Below the pieces are notes generated by a model, which was not told where the DNA came from, did not search any database, and saw only the letters and a list, made by a program, of their open reading frames with translations. Shown here piece after piece: positions 30,204 to 39,839 of a DNA stretch of 64,000 bases. The translations under genes and the position numbers were made by a program. The DNA is from an uncultured Rickettsiales bacterium (GTDB lineage: Bacteria; Pseudomonadota; Alphaproteobacteria; Rickettsiales; CAYLHV01), in NCBI GenBank assembly GCA_964383745.1, contig CAYLHV010000002.1, positions 19,625-83,624 on the forward strand, read 5' to 3'. How positions within the stretch are numbered: the first letter of the stretch is position 1; the number at the start of each line of letters is the position of its first letter.

Positions 30204-30755
30204 GTGTCACTATATTCTGGCATATTAAAATATATCACAAAACCGATTGTGATTGTTGGCCTTGAAGGTTCAGGCAAAACAACAGTTGGAAGAAGGCTTG
30301 CCAGAAAGCTGAACATGCCTTTCTTTGACAGTGACCAACAAATCATCAATAAATTCGGCCTAAACATAACAGAAATCTATAATGAAAAAGGCGAAAATTT
30401 CTTCAAAGAGCAAGAACATGAAACTCTGAAAGAACTGTTGCAAAAAGGTCAATCAATCTTGTCAACTGGTGGCGGCACTTTCGTTGCAAAAAATAATTTT
30501 GATCTAATTAAAAATCATGCAGTTTCTGTTTGGATCAAAACTGACATTGAAACCGTCATTTCGAGAATTGTGAAAAAAACAAATCGCCCAGTTCTTGCAA
30601 GCGGTGACAAAAGAGAAATTCTTGAAAAGCTCATGGAAGAAAGATTTCCAGTCTATGAAAAAGCCGACATTCAAATTGAGACAAGCATTGAATTAAATCA
30701 TATGGAAGTTGTTGATGGCATCATTGAACTTCTCGAAAATCATTTTTCAATTTAA
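30204..30755 (+). CDS. aroK: Shikimate kinase
   Basis: Contains IVGLEGSGKTTVGRRLA (P-loop), FFDSDQQI and STGGG. The start codon is GTG. Confidence 0.85.
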   Translation: MSLYSGILKYITKPIVIVGLEGSGKTTVGRRLARKLNMPFFDSDQQIINKFGLNITEIYNEKGENFFKEQEHETLKELLQKGQSILSTGGGTFVAKNNFDLIKNHAVSVWIKTDIETVISRIVKKTNRPVLASGDKREILEKLMEERFPVYEKADIQIETSIELNHMEVVDGIIELLENHFSI

Positions 30756-30760
30756 ATTTC

Positions 30761-32392
30761 ATGAAAATTTTCCTCGCACAGCTTAATCTTACAATTGGCG
30801 ATTTTGAAAATAATTTTATTAGAATCGCTGATTCTTTCCAAAAAGCTGAAGAAAAAAAAGCTGATTTAATCATCTTTCCCGAAATGGCCATTTCTTCATA
30901 TCCTGTGCAGGACATGATTCTGAGGCACTCTTTTTGTGAAGAAAATGAAAAATATTTGCAAAAAATTGTTGCTTTAACGCAAAATCATCATTGCGCAATT
31001 CTGATTGGAAGCATTCATAAGGAAAAAGAACAAACATTTAATGCTGCTTTTGTGATTCAAAATGGCGAAATTAAAAATCTCACAACTAAACATATTTTGC
31101 CAAATTTTAGTATTTTTGATGAGTCGCGCCACTTCACTTCCAAAATTCAAAATAATCATTTCACAATTGCGGGACGAAAATTTTCAATTTTGATTTGCAG
31201 AGATGCTTGGTCAGAAAATCTTTGCGAGAATGTTATTGAAAATGATTCAGATTTCATCATCACCATTAACGCCTCCCCCTTTGAGAAAAATAAATTTAAT
31301 TCAAGAATCAAACTTGCTCTCTCATATGTGGAAAAATATCAAAAACCATTTCTTTATGTTAACTTGGTTGGTGGGCAAGATCATGTTATTTTTGATGGTG
31401 GGTCATTCGCACTCAATGAAAAAGGCTCCTTTTTAAATGAGGTAGGCTTTTTTAAAGAAAATTTAGTTGAAATTAACTTAAATTCAAATCTCACTTTCCA
31501 AATGCCAAAAATTGATGATCAGCGCTTGATTTATGAAGCTTTGATGATGTCTTTAAGAGACTATGTGGGCAAAAATGGGTTCAAATCTGTCGTTTTTGGC
31601 CTCTCTGGCGGCATTGATTCAGCCCTCACTTGCGCAATTGCCATTGATGCTTTGGGAAAAAATGCTGTGCATGCAGTCACTCTTCCTTCTAAATTCTCCT
31701 CTACAGAAACTTTTCTCGATGCAAGCATGTGTCAGAAATTGATGGATATTCAGAAAATTGATGAAATTGCCATTCAAACTATTGTTGATGAGGTGGAAAA
31801 AACTTTGGCTCCGTTTTTTATTGGCAAAGAGAGAGACAAAACTGAAGAAAATCTTCAAGCTAGAATTCGTGGTTTAATTTTAATGGCATTAAGTAATAAA
31901 TTTGGCTCAATGCTTCTGACAACTGGTAATAAATCAGAACTCGCAACAGGCTATGCAACTCTCTATGGTGACATGTGTGGGTCCTATAATTTGCTAAAAG
32001 ATTTATATAAAACAGAAGTTTTTGCCCTCGCAAAATGGCGCAATCAAAATTTCCCAAACAATGCACTTGGCAATCATGGCATGGTGATTCCTGAAAATGT
32101 CATTAATAAAGCACCTACTGCCGAATTAAATTTTAACCAAAAAGACTCCGATTCTCTCCCGCCCTATGACATTCTTGACGCAATTTTGGTTGAATTAATT
32201 GAAAATGAACTTTCAATTAATGAGACTGCGCAAAAACTTTCTTTTGATGAAAAAATTGTTTCTCATGTGGCATTTTTGATTAAATCATCAGAGTTTAAGC
32301 GCACGCAGGCAGCTCCTGGGGCAAGACTCTCTCTGAAGTCTTTTAACAATGGTGACAGAAAATTTCCCATAACAAATAAGTTTTTATACTAA
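30761..32392 (+). CDS. nadE: Glutamine-dependent NAD+ synthetase
   Basis: N-terminal CN-hydrolase domain (FPEMAISSYP, ILICRDAW) and C-terminal PP-loop domain (FGLSGGIDSAL, TTGNKSELATGYATLYGD). Confidence 0.9.
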   Translation: MKIFLAQLNLTIGDFENNFIRIADSFQKAEEKKADLIIFPEMAISSYPVQDMILRHSFCEENEKYLQKIVALTQNHHCAILIGSIHKEKEQTFNAAFVIQNGEIKNLTTKHILPNFSIFDESRHFTSKIQNNHFTIAGRKFSILICRDAWSENLCENVIENDSDFIITINASPFEKNKFNSRIKLALSYVEKYQKPFLYVNLVGGQDHVIFDGGSFALNEKGSFLNEVGFFKENLVEINLNSNLTFQMPKIDDQRLIYEALMMSLRDYVGKNGFKSVVFGLSGGIDSALTCAIAIDALGKNAVHAVTLPSKFSSTETFLDASMCQKLMDIQKIDEIAIQTIVDEVEKTLAPFFIGKERDKTEENLQARIRGLILMALSNKFGSMLLTTGNKSELATGYATLYGDMCGSYNLLKDLYKTEVFALAKWRNQNFPNNALGNHGMVIPENVINKAPTAELNFNQKDSDSLPPYDILDAILVELIENELSINETAQKLSFDEKIVSHVAFLIKSSEFKRTQAAPGARLSLKSFNNGDRKFPITNKFLY

Positions 32393-32465
32393 TAATTGAT
32401 TGTCATTTAAATTAATGCTACCATTAGATATTGGCATTCAACTTTTAGTTAATGGAGACTTTATT

Positions 32466-32981
32466 ATGTCAATTGAAGATGGGATTAGACGAGATGATGC
32501 ACCAATCGAAGCACAATCTGATGCACAAGCTGTGGTGGCATTAACTTCTTTCAGCGCTTTTTTGGGCTATTCATCAACCGCTTTTAGCAGCACTTTCACA
32601 TCTAGAAATATTGGTTACACAGTCTGTAAGGCTTTTGTATTAGGAATTGGCATGACCATTGGCCTTTCCGCTTATGCTGCCATTGTTGGAACTGGGGTGA
32701 TTAAAAGATTGCTCGGAGAATCTTGGTGTGACACTAAACTCACAGTTTTAAATGAAGAAATTGGCGGAAATCCGTTTGAAATTTCTTTTGGAAGGTCAGA
32801 CACTTTTTGCTCGGTTAATGAAATTGAAAAAGACGCAGCCACATATGGCCCAAAACTTGGCTATAGGCACGAAATTGTTAATAATCAAACAATTACAATC
32901 ATTGGCGCAGATGATTATAAACTAATTGGTGAATATGAATTTGATCAAAATGATTTAAAGTGTGATTGTCATAAATATTAA
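32466..32981 (+). CDS. Hypothetical membrane protein
   Basis: ATG at 32466 preceded by GGAGA. Two predicted TM segments and a Cys-containing C-terminal domain. The stop TAA abuts the nhaA ATG directly. Confidence 0.5.
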   Translation: MSIEDGIRRDDAPIEAQSDAQAVVALTSFSAFLGYSSTAFSSTFTSRNIGYTVCKAFVLGIGMTIGLSAYAAIVGTGVIKRLLGESWCDTKLTVLNEEIGGNPFEISFGRSDTFCSVNEIEKDAATYGPKLGYRHEIVNNQTITIIGADDYKLIGEYEFDQNDLKCDCHKY

Positions 32982-34148
32982 ATGATCAAAATAAAAATAT
33001 CAGCATTAATAAAATCTGAAATCATCTCAAGCATGTTGCTCATCATCAGCTTTGTGCTTGCAATGTGCACTTCTAACATTGACTGGCTTTCTGAGTCTTA
33101 TAGAAATTTTGTTTTCTACCCAATTTCCTTTGGTTATGGGGAATTCATATATAAAAGCCCTTTAATTAATTTAGTCAATGATGGTCTCATGACTTTATTT
33201 TTTCTGCTGATTGGATTGGAGTTAAAATTTCATTTGATTTGCGGAGAATTTAAAGATCACAAGACTCTGATTATGCCCTCTTTTGCAGCTTTTGGTGGGA
33301 TTGTGGTGCCCGCTTTGGTCTATGTTCTCTTCAATTATGACTCACCAACAATTGAAGGCTGGACAGTTCCAATTGCAACAGACACTGCTTTTATGCTTGG
33401 GATTCTGTCTTTTTTTAGTAAAATTCTGTCATCAAAACTCAGAGCTTTTATCATTGGCTTCTCATTAATTGATGACACCATCGCTTTAATTCTTCTTGCA
33501 TTACTTTACACCAAATCTTCAGATATCATTGCGATTTTTGCTTCTGTGATTTTAGTGATTCTCCTATTTTTACTAAATCGCTTTAAAGTTCAAAATGGTT
33601 TTTATTATATTTTTATTGGTATTCTTTTGTGGGTGGCAATGGTTGAGGCTGGAATTCACGGAACTTTATGTGGCGTCATTTTGGCGCTCACAATTCCTGT
33701 TGAAATTGATGGTGCTGTCAACAAATTCTTTCATCAACTTGAAAATTCTTTAAGACCATTAGTATATTTTCTGATTCTTCCTCTCTTTTCTTTCATTAAT
33801 TCAGGAATTAATTTTGATAGTTTTTCTAGTGAAATTTTGACTTCTCAAATCACTTTGGGAATCATGATGGGGCTTTTTCTTGGCAAACAATTAGGGATTT
33901 TCTTATGTTCCTATCTTGCAGTGAAAAGAAAATTATGTTCATTACCAGAAAATGTTTCCTGGATGCATTTTTATGCAATTTCAGTTCTGGGAGGCATTGG
34001 TTTCACACTCAGCCTTTTCATTGGTGATTTGACTTTTGAAACAGCTGAACCAAACTATGCAATGCGTGCAGGAGTGACATTTGGATCTCTAGCTTCAGCC
34101 ACTTTAGGAACTTTCATTCTTATTTATCTATCAAAAAAGAAAAAGTGA
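32982..34148 (+). CDS. nhaA: Na+/H+ antiporter NhaA
   Basis: Contains LVNDGLMTLFFLLIGLELK, VPIATDTAFMLG and SLIDD. Confidence 0.92.
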   Translation: MIKIKISALIKSEIISSMLLIISFVLAMCTSNIDWLSESYRNFVFYPISFGYGEFIYKSPLINLVNDGLMTLFFLLIGLELKFHLICGEFKDHKTLIMPSFAAFGGIVVPALVYVLFNYDSPTIEGWTVPIATDTAFMLGILSFFSKILSSKLRAFIIGFSLIDDTIALILLALLYTKSSDIIAIFASVILVILLFLLNRFKVQNGFYYIFIGILLWVAMVEAGIHGTLCGVILALTIPVEIDGAVNKFFHQLENSLRPLVYFLILPLFSFINSGINFDSFSSEILTSQITLGIMMGLFLGKQLGIFLCSYLAVKRKLCSLPENVSWMHFYAISVLGGIGFTLSLFIGDLTFETAEPNYAMRAGVTFGSLASATLGTFILIYLSKKKK

Positions 34149-34296
34149 ACCCTAGATCATTGTTTTGAAACAAGCACATTTCAAAATAAAAAATCCATCA
34201 ACCAGTGGTTATGTAATTTTTTTTCTTATGTAATCCAGAGTTTTGAGTGTAAAATTTAATAGAGACTTTATACTAAACAGTAAATTAGGTGAGAAA

Positions 34297-34911
34297 ATGT
34301 CAGAAGAAAAAGATGCTAAAGAGCCAAATGGTCTAGATGTTGAAGCTGAGCTTTCGGAAGAAGATGCCGCTGCAGCTGCTAAAAAAAAGAAAAAGAAAAA
34401 GCTCATCATCATTTTGGGGGTGATTCTACTTGCAGGAGGAGTGGGGGCTGGTCTTTTCTTCACAGGCATCATTGGAAAAAAAGCCGAGCATGCAAACATT
34501 GAAAATCCAGAAGAAGCTGGAGAAAAAGACCCACATGCAGAAACAAAGTCTGACCCACATGCTGACCCACATGCAAAAGCTGAGACAAAAACTACTGAAG
34601 ATAATCAATCACTATATTTAGACATGGAAGATTTCATTGTTAATTTAAATAGTGAAGATGGAAAACCAAGCTTTCTGAAAATGGCAATTGCACTGCATGT
34701 CAAAGGAGCAAAAGACGCTTTTGAAGTTAAAGCAAATTTCCCAGTCATCAGAGACACTTTCCAAATCTATCTCAGAGAATTAAGACCTGAAGATTTAAGA
34801 GGCTCTTCTGGTGTCTATCGGCTCAAAGAAGAATTATTACTCAGAGTGAATAAATCTCTTTACCCAGTTAAAGTGACTGACATTTTATTTAAAGAAATTT
34901 TGGTGCAATAA
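34297..34911 (+). CDS. fliL: Flagellar basal body-associated protein FliL
   Basis: Lysine-rich N-terminus, one TM helix, then YLDMEDFIVNL.......FLKMAIALHV and a C-terminal ILFKEILVQ. Start taken at the ATG at 34297, preceded by AGGTGAG. Confidence 0.85.
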   Translation: MSEEKDAKEPNGLDVEAELSEEDAAAAAKKKKKKKLIIILGVILLAGGVGAGLFFTGIIGKKAEHANIENPEEAGEKDPHAETKSDPHADPHAKAETKTTEDNQSLYLDMEDFIVNLNSEDGKPSFLKMAIALHVKGAKDAFEVKANFPVIRDTFQIYLRELRPEDLRGSSGVYRLKEELLLRVNKSLYPVKVTDILFKEILVQ

Positions 34912-34915
34912 AATC

Positions 34916-35926
34916 ATGACTCTTGAAAATGAAACACAGACAGACACAGAAGGAGACCAAGACATAGCTTCAGTCATGGAAGATAAAAATTCTGCACAAA
35001 ATCAGAATTCTAAGACTAATGTGCAAACTAATGGCATTAAAGCCATGATTGATCAGGCAATGCAGTCATATGAGAAACTACCCATGCTTGAGGTTGTTTT
35101 TGACCGTTTTGCGAGAGTTCTTTCCACTAATCTCAGAAATTTTACATCAGAAAATGTTGATATTGATATTAAAGAAATTTCTTCTTTAAGATTTGGGTCA
35201 TATATCAGCACATTACCTCAACCTTGCCTGATTTCTGTCTTTAAGGCCTTGGAATGGGGAGGATTTGGGCTTGTGATACCCGATGGAAATCTGATTTATG
35301 GTCTGATTGACGTTCTGTTTGGTGGCAGAAAAACACCAAACCCAACAAAATTCGAAGGCAGACCTTTCACAATCATTGAACAAGGGTTAGTTTCCCAACT
35401 CACAAGCTTGATTTTGGAAGATCTTGGATCAGCTTTCGATCCGCTCAGCCCTTCAACATTTGAGCTTGACCGAATTGCTTCAAACCCAAGCTTTGCTTCA
35501 ATTGCACGCCCTGGTGATTCAATCATCCTACTGAAACTACAAATTAACATTCAAGATCGTGGTGGAGGGATTGATATTTTAATTCCATATACTACACTCG
35601 AACCAATCAGAAGCTTGTTGCTGCAAGTGTTCATGGGAGAGAAATTTGGAAAAGACTCTGAATGGGAGGCCTATTTGGAAGGACAAATTTACTATACACC
35701 AACAATCCTGGAAGCTGTGTTGAATAGTAAGCTTGCAAATTTGCAAGAAATTGCTGCTTTGAAAGTTGGCAGCACAATCATCATGGATAATTCACCAGAA
35801 GATGAAATTCTCCTTCACTCTAATGGTGTCAGACTTTTCTCAGCAAAATTAGGGAAAGTTGGCAATGCAATCGCCGTTTCAATTGATGGAGTTTTTAAGA
35901 AAACAGATTTGGAGGAAAAATCATGA
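34916..35926 (+). CDS. fliM: Flagellar motor switch protein FliM
   Basis: Contains LPMLEVVFDRFARVLSTNLRNFT, GGR and a C-terminal SpoA-like domain (LKVGSTIIMD). Confidence 0.9.
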   Translation: MTLENETQTDTEGDQDIASVMEDKNSAQNQNSKTNVQTNGIKAMIDQAMQSYEKLPMLEVVFDRFARVLSTNLRNFTSENVDIDIKEISSLRFGSYISTLPQPCLISVFKALEWGGFGLVIPDGNLIYGLIDVLFGGRKTPNPTKFEGRPFTIIEQGLVSQLTSLILEDLGSAFDPLSPSTFELDRIASNPSFASIARPGDSIILLKLQINIQDRGGGIDILIPYTTLEPIRSLLLQVFMGEKFGKDSEWEAYLEGQIYYTPTILEAVLNSKLANLQEIAALKVGSTIIMDNSPEDEILLHSNGVRLFSAKLGKVGNAIAVSIDGVFKKTDLEEKS

Positions 35927-36396
35927 TTTTGGACATTGGAATGTCAATTTTGCTTTTAGTGAGCATTTTCTACTCTTGGAAGCTGAGTAGCAAAATTAAA
36001 GAGCTCAGAAAAAATCATGAACAATTCCATCAATTGGTCAGTAAACTTGACCGCGCAATTTTAAGTGCAGAAAGCAGCATCAGCGAATTGAAAAGTATTT
36101 CTGCATATTCAACATTGGAAATTCAAAAAAAAATCGACAGCGCAAATGTCATTGCCGATGATTTAGAATTCATCACTGACAGAGCAATTAATCAAATTAA
36201 AAAACTTGAGAATTTAACTCAAATGCATGTGAAAGAAACGAGTTCTTTCATTGACGAAAAACAACCCGAAACCATTGTTAAAGAAGACAGAACAGAGGCA
36301 ATTAAAGAAATTTTAGACAGAATTTCTAATATTAAGAAAAAACCCATGAAACGTAATTTGCAAAGCTCCATAGAATTTGAAGGTGAGGAATTTTAA
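35923..36396 (+). CDS. Membrane-anchored coiled-coil protein of the flagellar cluster (possibly DUF6468-like)
   Basis: N-terminal TM helix followed by coiled coil. It overlaps the fliM stop by ATGA and its stop overlaps the next gene in a TAATG junction. The family name is recalled from alphaproteobacterial flagellar clusters and was not verified. Confidence 0.55.
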   Translation: MILDIGMSILLLVSIFYSWKLSSKIKELRKNHEQFHQLVSKLDRAILSAESSISELKSISAYSTLEIQKKIDSANVIADDLEFITDRAINQIKKLENLTQMHVKETSSFIDEKQPETIVKEDRTEAIKEILDRISNIKKKPMKRNLQSSIEFEGEEF

Positions 36397-37106
36397 TGAA
36401 AATCAGAATTCTGCCAATTTTAATTTTTTTCTTGATGCTGAATTTGGCATTTAAAGTCTCTTCAGTGCTGAATAAAGACATCATCAGCAAAGAATCATTC
36501 TCTGACATCACTCTGACAATTAAGGAAGCTGAAGCACAAGAAACCAAGCATGGTGAAGAAAAAGCACAATCCCCTGAGGAAATTGAGCAAGCAAAAATCA
36601 AGGCCGAAAGAGAGGAAAAAATCAAAAATGCTTCCTCAACAATTCCTGGCGCTTCAATTAAAGAACCAGAACATATTGAAAAAAGCGAATATAGCCCCGT
36701 TGAGCTGGAAATTCTTAAAAATCTTTCATCACGCAGAGCAAAACTAGATCTATGGGAACAGGAAATTGAAAGACAAGCTAATTTACTTAAAGCAACAGAA
36801 AAAAAATTAGACAAAAAACTGAGCGATTTAAAATTTCTAGAAAAAGAAGTCAAAGATCTTTTAGTGTTTTATGAAGCAAAAGAAGACGCAAAAACTGAAA
36901 GATTAGTGGCAATTTATGAAAATATGAAACCTAAAGACGCTGCACAGATTTTTGAAGTTCTAGACATGAATGTTCTGCTTCCTGTTTTCTTTCGGATGAA
37001 AGAAGGAAAAATCGCCTCAATTTTATCTAACATGACACCAAAACGCTCAACAGAAATCACAGTGCAATTCACAGAATTTAAAAAACTGAAAAGACCTCAA
37101 AATTAA
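36396..37106 (+). CDS. MotE-like flagellar protein (MgtE-N-type domain)
   Basis: Signal/anchor N-terminus, charged coiled coil, and a C-terminal LVAIYENMKPKDAAQIFEVLDMNVLLPVFFRMKEGKIASILSNM. Confidence 0.7.
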   Translation: MKIRILPILIFFLMLNLAFKVSSVLNKDIISKESFSDITLTIKEAEAQETKHGEEKAQSPEEIEQAKIKAEREEKIKNASSTIPGASIKEPEHIEKSEYSPVELEILKNLSSRRAKLDLWEQEIERQANLLKATEKKLDKKLSDLKFLEKEVKDLLVFYEAKEDAKTERLVAIYENMKPKDAAQIFEVLDMNVLLPVFFRMKEGKIASILSNMTPKRSTEITVQFTEFKKLKRPQN

Positions 37107-37143
37107 AGGTCCCAAATTTGATTTCAGGACCTTACATTAATTC

Positions 37144-39477
37144 TTAAAACAGAAAAGTTTTTCTTTTTTTAACTGGTGGTTCATCTTTCGAATTACCATT
37201 TTTGTCATGATTAATGTTTCCAGATTCGTTGCCTTTTGGAGCACGTCTACGATCACCTCTGTCTCCTCTGCGTTCGCCTTTCTCACTGCGATCAGAGAAA
37301 TCTCTCGATTTTTTTGGACCAGACGAGGAAGGTTTGCCAGAAACTTCGACATAGCCCTCAACATCTTCGCCAGTTTCCTGATTAACAGCTCTCATGCTCA
37401 GCCTGAATTTACCACGATTATCAACTCCTAAAAGTTTCACTTTAACCATTTGGTCAATGGCAATGACATCTTCAACTTTCTCAACTCTTTCATCGTTAAT
37501 TTCGCTGATGTGAACAAGTCCGTCTCTTGAGCCTAGGAAATTAGCAAAGAAACCAAATTCCATGATTTTCACAACTTTAGCGTCATATATTGCACCAACA
37601 TTTGCATCTTGCACAATGTCCATGATCATTTTGTGAGCTATTTTTGCTTTTTCTGAATTTGGAGAAATGATTAGCACAATGCCATCATCATCAATTTCAA
37701 CTTTACAGCCACTGACTTCGCAAATTTCTCTGATGACTTTGCCGCCTGAACCAATCACATCTCTGATTTTTTCTTTGTTGATGATGATTTTATCAATTTT
37801 AGGAGCATTTTCATTAATTTCATTTCTTGAGACACCTAAAGATTCTTGCATTTTGCCAAGAATGTGAATTCTGCCTTCTTTTGCTTGCTCAAGGGCTTTT
37901 TTCATGATTTCAACAGTGATTCCCCTGATTTTAATGTCCATTTGAAGTGCAGTCACGCCAGCATCTGTTCCTGCAACTTTAAAGTCCATGTCTCCCAAAT
38001 GATCTTCATCACCCATGATGTCTGAAAGAACAACAAATTTTTCTTGCTCTTTAATGAGACCCATGGCAATTCCTGCAACTGGCTTTTTGAGAGGAACACC
38101 AGCATCCATCATGGAAAGAGATGCGCCGCAAACTGTGGCCATTGAAGAGGAACCGTTAGATTCAGTGATTTCAGACACAACACGAATTGTGTAGGGGAAT
38201 TCTTCTTTTGTTGGCAGAACATGTTGCAGTGATCTGAAAGCAAGTTTTCCATGCCCAATCTCCCTTCTTCCGGGGGACCTCATTGGCGCAGCTTCGCCAA
38301 CAGAATAAGGTGGGAAGTTATAGTGTAGCATGAAAATGTCACGAGTTTCTCCACTCAATTTGTCAGAGATTTGCTCATCTTGAGTGCTGCCAAGTGTTGA
38401 AACCACTAAAGCTTGCGTTTCACCTCTTGTGAAAAGAGCAGAGCCATGAACCATTGGTAAAATTCCAACTTCTGTGACAATTTGTCTGATTTGTGAAGAA
38501 TTTCTTCCATCAATTCTCAGACCTTGATTTAAAATTCTGTCACGCACAATTTTTTGCTCAAGCTTCTTGAAGAAAGTTGAAATCTCAATTTCTTTAAATT
38601 CCTTTGCAACTAAAGCTGAAATCACTTCGTTTTTGGCTTCATCAATTTTTGCATATCTTGTAGATTTAATTTTCTCAGAATAAGCTTCGGCAAGTTTTGA
38701 AGCTGCAATTTTCTCAATTTCTGATGAAAGTTCTGCATTTTCTTGGCTTCTGAACTGCCAATCTGTGAATTTTTTTTCAATTGCTTTTTCTTCAACTTCT
38801 TTGGCAAATTGAGAAATCATGTCAATCATTTCTTTGCAATGATCATGACCAAATTGAACAGCTTCAAGCATTTTCTCTTCAGTTAATTCAGCAGCTTCTG
38901 ATTCAACCATCAAAACAGAATCGCGAGTTCCGGCAACCACCAGGTCCAAACGACATTCTGGCGAATTCATTTGATCAAAAGTTGGATTCAAAACAAATTC
39001 ACCTTTAATTTGCGCCACTCTTGCACCTGCAATTGGCCCATCAAAAGGAGCACCAGAAATTGCCAAAGCTGCAGAAGCACCAACCATTGCAGCAATGTCT
39101 GGAGCATGGTCTGGGTCATAGGACAAAACTGTGCAAACAAGCTGAACTTCATTATGGAAGCCATCTTTAAAAAGCGGCCTAATTGGGCGGTCAATTAATC
39201 TGGAAGTCAGAACTTCACTTTCGGACGGCCTGCCCTCTCTTTTGAAAAAACCACCAGGAATTCTGCCTGCAGCATATGTTTTTTCAATGTATGTCACTGT
39301 AAGCGGAAAAAAATCAATGTCATCTTTTGCCTTTTTAGCCGTCACAACTGTGCATAGCACTTTTGTTTTGCCATAGGTTGCAATCACAGCACCATCGGCT
39401 TGTCTTGCAATTTTACCAGTTTCAAGACTCAGAGTTTTCCCACCCCAATTAATTTCTTTTATTATTTCGTTAAACAT
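37144..39477 (-). CDS. pnp: Polyribonucleotide nucleotidyltransferase (PNPase) with an extended basic C-terminal tail
   Basis: Starts [31 protein letters not shown]. It has two RNase PH domains (one containing GHGKLA), a KH domain ([12 protein letters not shown]) and an S1 domain. About 75 residues of low-complexity sequence ([11 protein letters not shown]) follow the S1 domain. Confidence 0.95.
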   Translation of the reverse strand: MFNEIIKEINWGGKTLSLETGKIARQADGAVIATYGKTKVLCTVVTAKKAKDDIDFFPLTVTYIEKTYAAGRIPGGFFKREGRPSESEVLTSRLIDRPIRPLFKDGFHNEVQLVCTVLSYDPDHAPDIAAMVGASAALAISGAPFDGPIAGARVAQIKGEFVLNPTFDQMNSPECRLDLVVAGTRDSVLMVESEAAELTEEKMLEAVQFGHDHCKEMIDMISQFAKEVEEKAIEKKFTDWQFRSQENAELSSEIEKIAASKLAEAYSEKIKSTRYAKIDEAKNEVISALVAKEFKEIEISTFFKKLEQKIVRDRILNQGLRIDGRNSSQIRQIVTEVGILPMVHGSALFTRGETQALVVSTLGSTQDEQISDKLSGETRDIFMLHYNFPPYSVGEAAPMRSPGRREIGHGKLAFRSLQHVLPTKEEFPYTIRVVSEITESNGSSSMATVCGASLSMMDAGVPLKKPVAGIAMGLIKEQEKFVVLSDIMGDEDHLGDMDFKVAGTDAGVTALQMDIKIRGITVEIMKKALEQAKEGRIHILGKMQESLGVSRNEINENAPKIDKIIINKEKIRDVIGSGGKVIREICEVSGCKVEIDDDGIVLIISPNSEKAKIAHKMIMDIVQDANVGAIYDAKVVKIMEFGFFANFLGSRDGLVHISEINDERVEKVEDVIAIDQMVKVKLLGVDNRGKFRLSMRAVNQETGEDVEGYVEVSGKPSSSGPKKSRDFSDRSEKGERRGDRGDRRRAPKGNESGNINHDKNGNSKDEPPVKKRKTFLF

Positions 39478-39525
39478 TAAATTCATTTTCCTTTGTTTAA
39501 TTTGATTCATATATTCTAAGGCAAT

Positions 39526-39557
39526 AAATGCCTCAATTTGAAATTTTTGAGGCATTT
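39526..39557 (-). promoter_or_regulatory. Stem-loop in the rpsO-pnp intergenic leader
   Basis: An 11-bp stem, AAATGCCTCAA (39526-39536) with TTGAGGCATTT (39547-39557), and a 10-nt loop. Its position matches the rpsO terminator / pnp leader processing hairpin known in other bacteria. Confidence 0.45.
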
Positions 39558-39569
39558 ATTTGGCTTTTT

Positions 39570-39839
39570 TTATTTTCTTAAACCTAAAGCTTCAATCAGT
39601 TTTTGATAGCGATTTAGGCTTTTGTTTTTTAAATAGTCCAGAAGTCTTCTTCTGCGGCCAATCATGATTAAAAGGCCTCTGCGAGAGTGAAAGTCTTTTT
39701 TATGAGTTTTAAAATGCTCTGTTAGACTTTTAATTCTTTCTGTTAAAATTGCACATTGCACCTCAGCTGAACCAGTGTCACCGTCATTTTGTGCAAATTG
39801 TTTGATAATTTCAGATTTTTTTTCATCAGTAATCGACAT
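39570..39839 (-). CDS. rpsO: 30S ribosomal protein S15
   Basis: Contains [38 protein letters not shown]. Start taken at MSITDEKK, with AGGAGA 7-8 nt upstream. Confidence 0.93.
   Translation of the reverse strand: MSITDEKKSEIIKQFAQNDGDTGSAEVQCAILTERIKSLTEHFKTHKKDFHSRRGLLIMIGRRRRLLDYLKNKSLNRYQKLIEALGLRK

Noticed and set aside
34381-34401. A8 run and AAAAAG repeats in fliL as a possible slipped-strand phase-variation switch
   Set aside because: The tract simply encodes the in-frame poly-lysine juxtamembrane segment common in FliL N-termini. A run of eight A is short for efficient slippage, and the window shows no sign of frame disruption.
36332-36853. 173-aa Ser-rich ORF antisense to the motE-like gene
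   Set aside because: This is a shadow of a Lys/Glu-rich coiled-coil gene, whose AAG/GAA codons read as CTT/TTC on the opposite strand. The sense gene is translationally coupled to its neighbours.
37106-37133. 7-bp hairpin AAGGTCC/GGACCTT between the motE-like gene and pnp as a bidirectional terminator
   Set aside because: The stem is short and has no flanking T or A tracts on either side, so support is insufficient.
37144-37180. PPVKKRKT at the PNPase C-terminus resembling a eukaryotic monopartite nuclear localisation signal
   Set aside because: Short basic motifs arise easily in Lys-rich AT-biased genomes, and PNPase is a cytoplasmic housekeeping enzyme with no export signal. The idea is too speculative to report as a finding.
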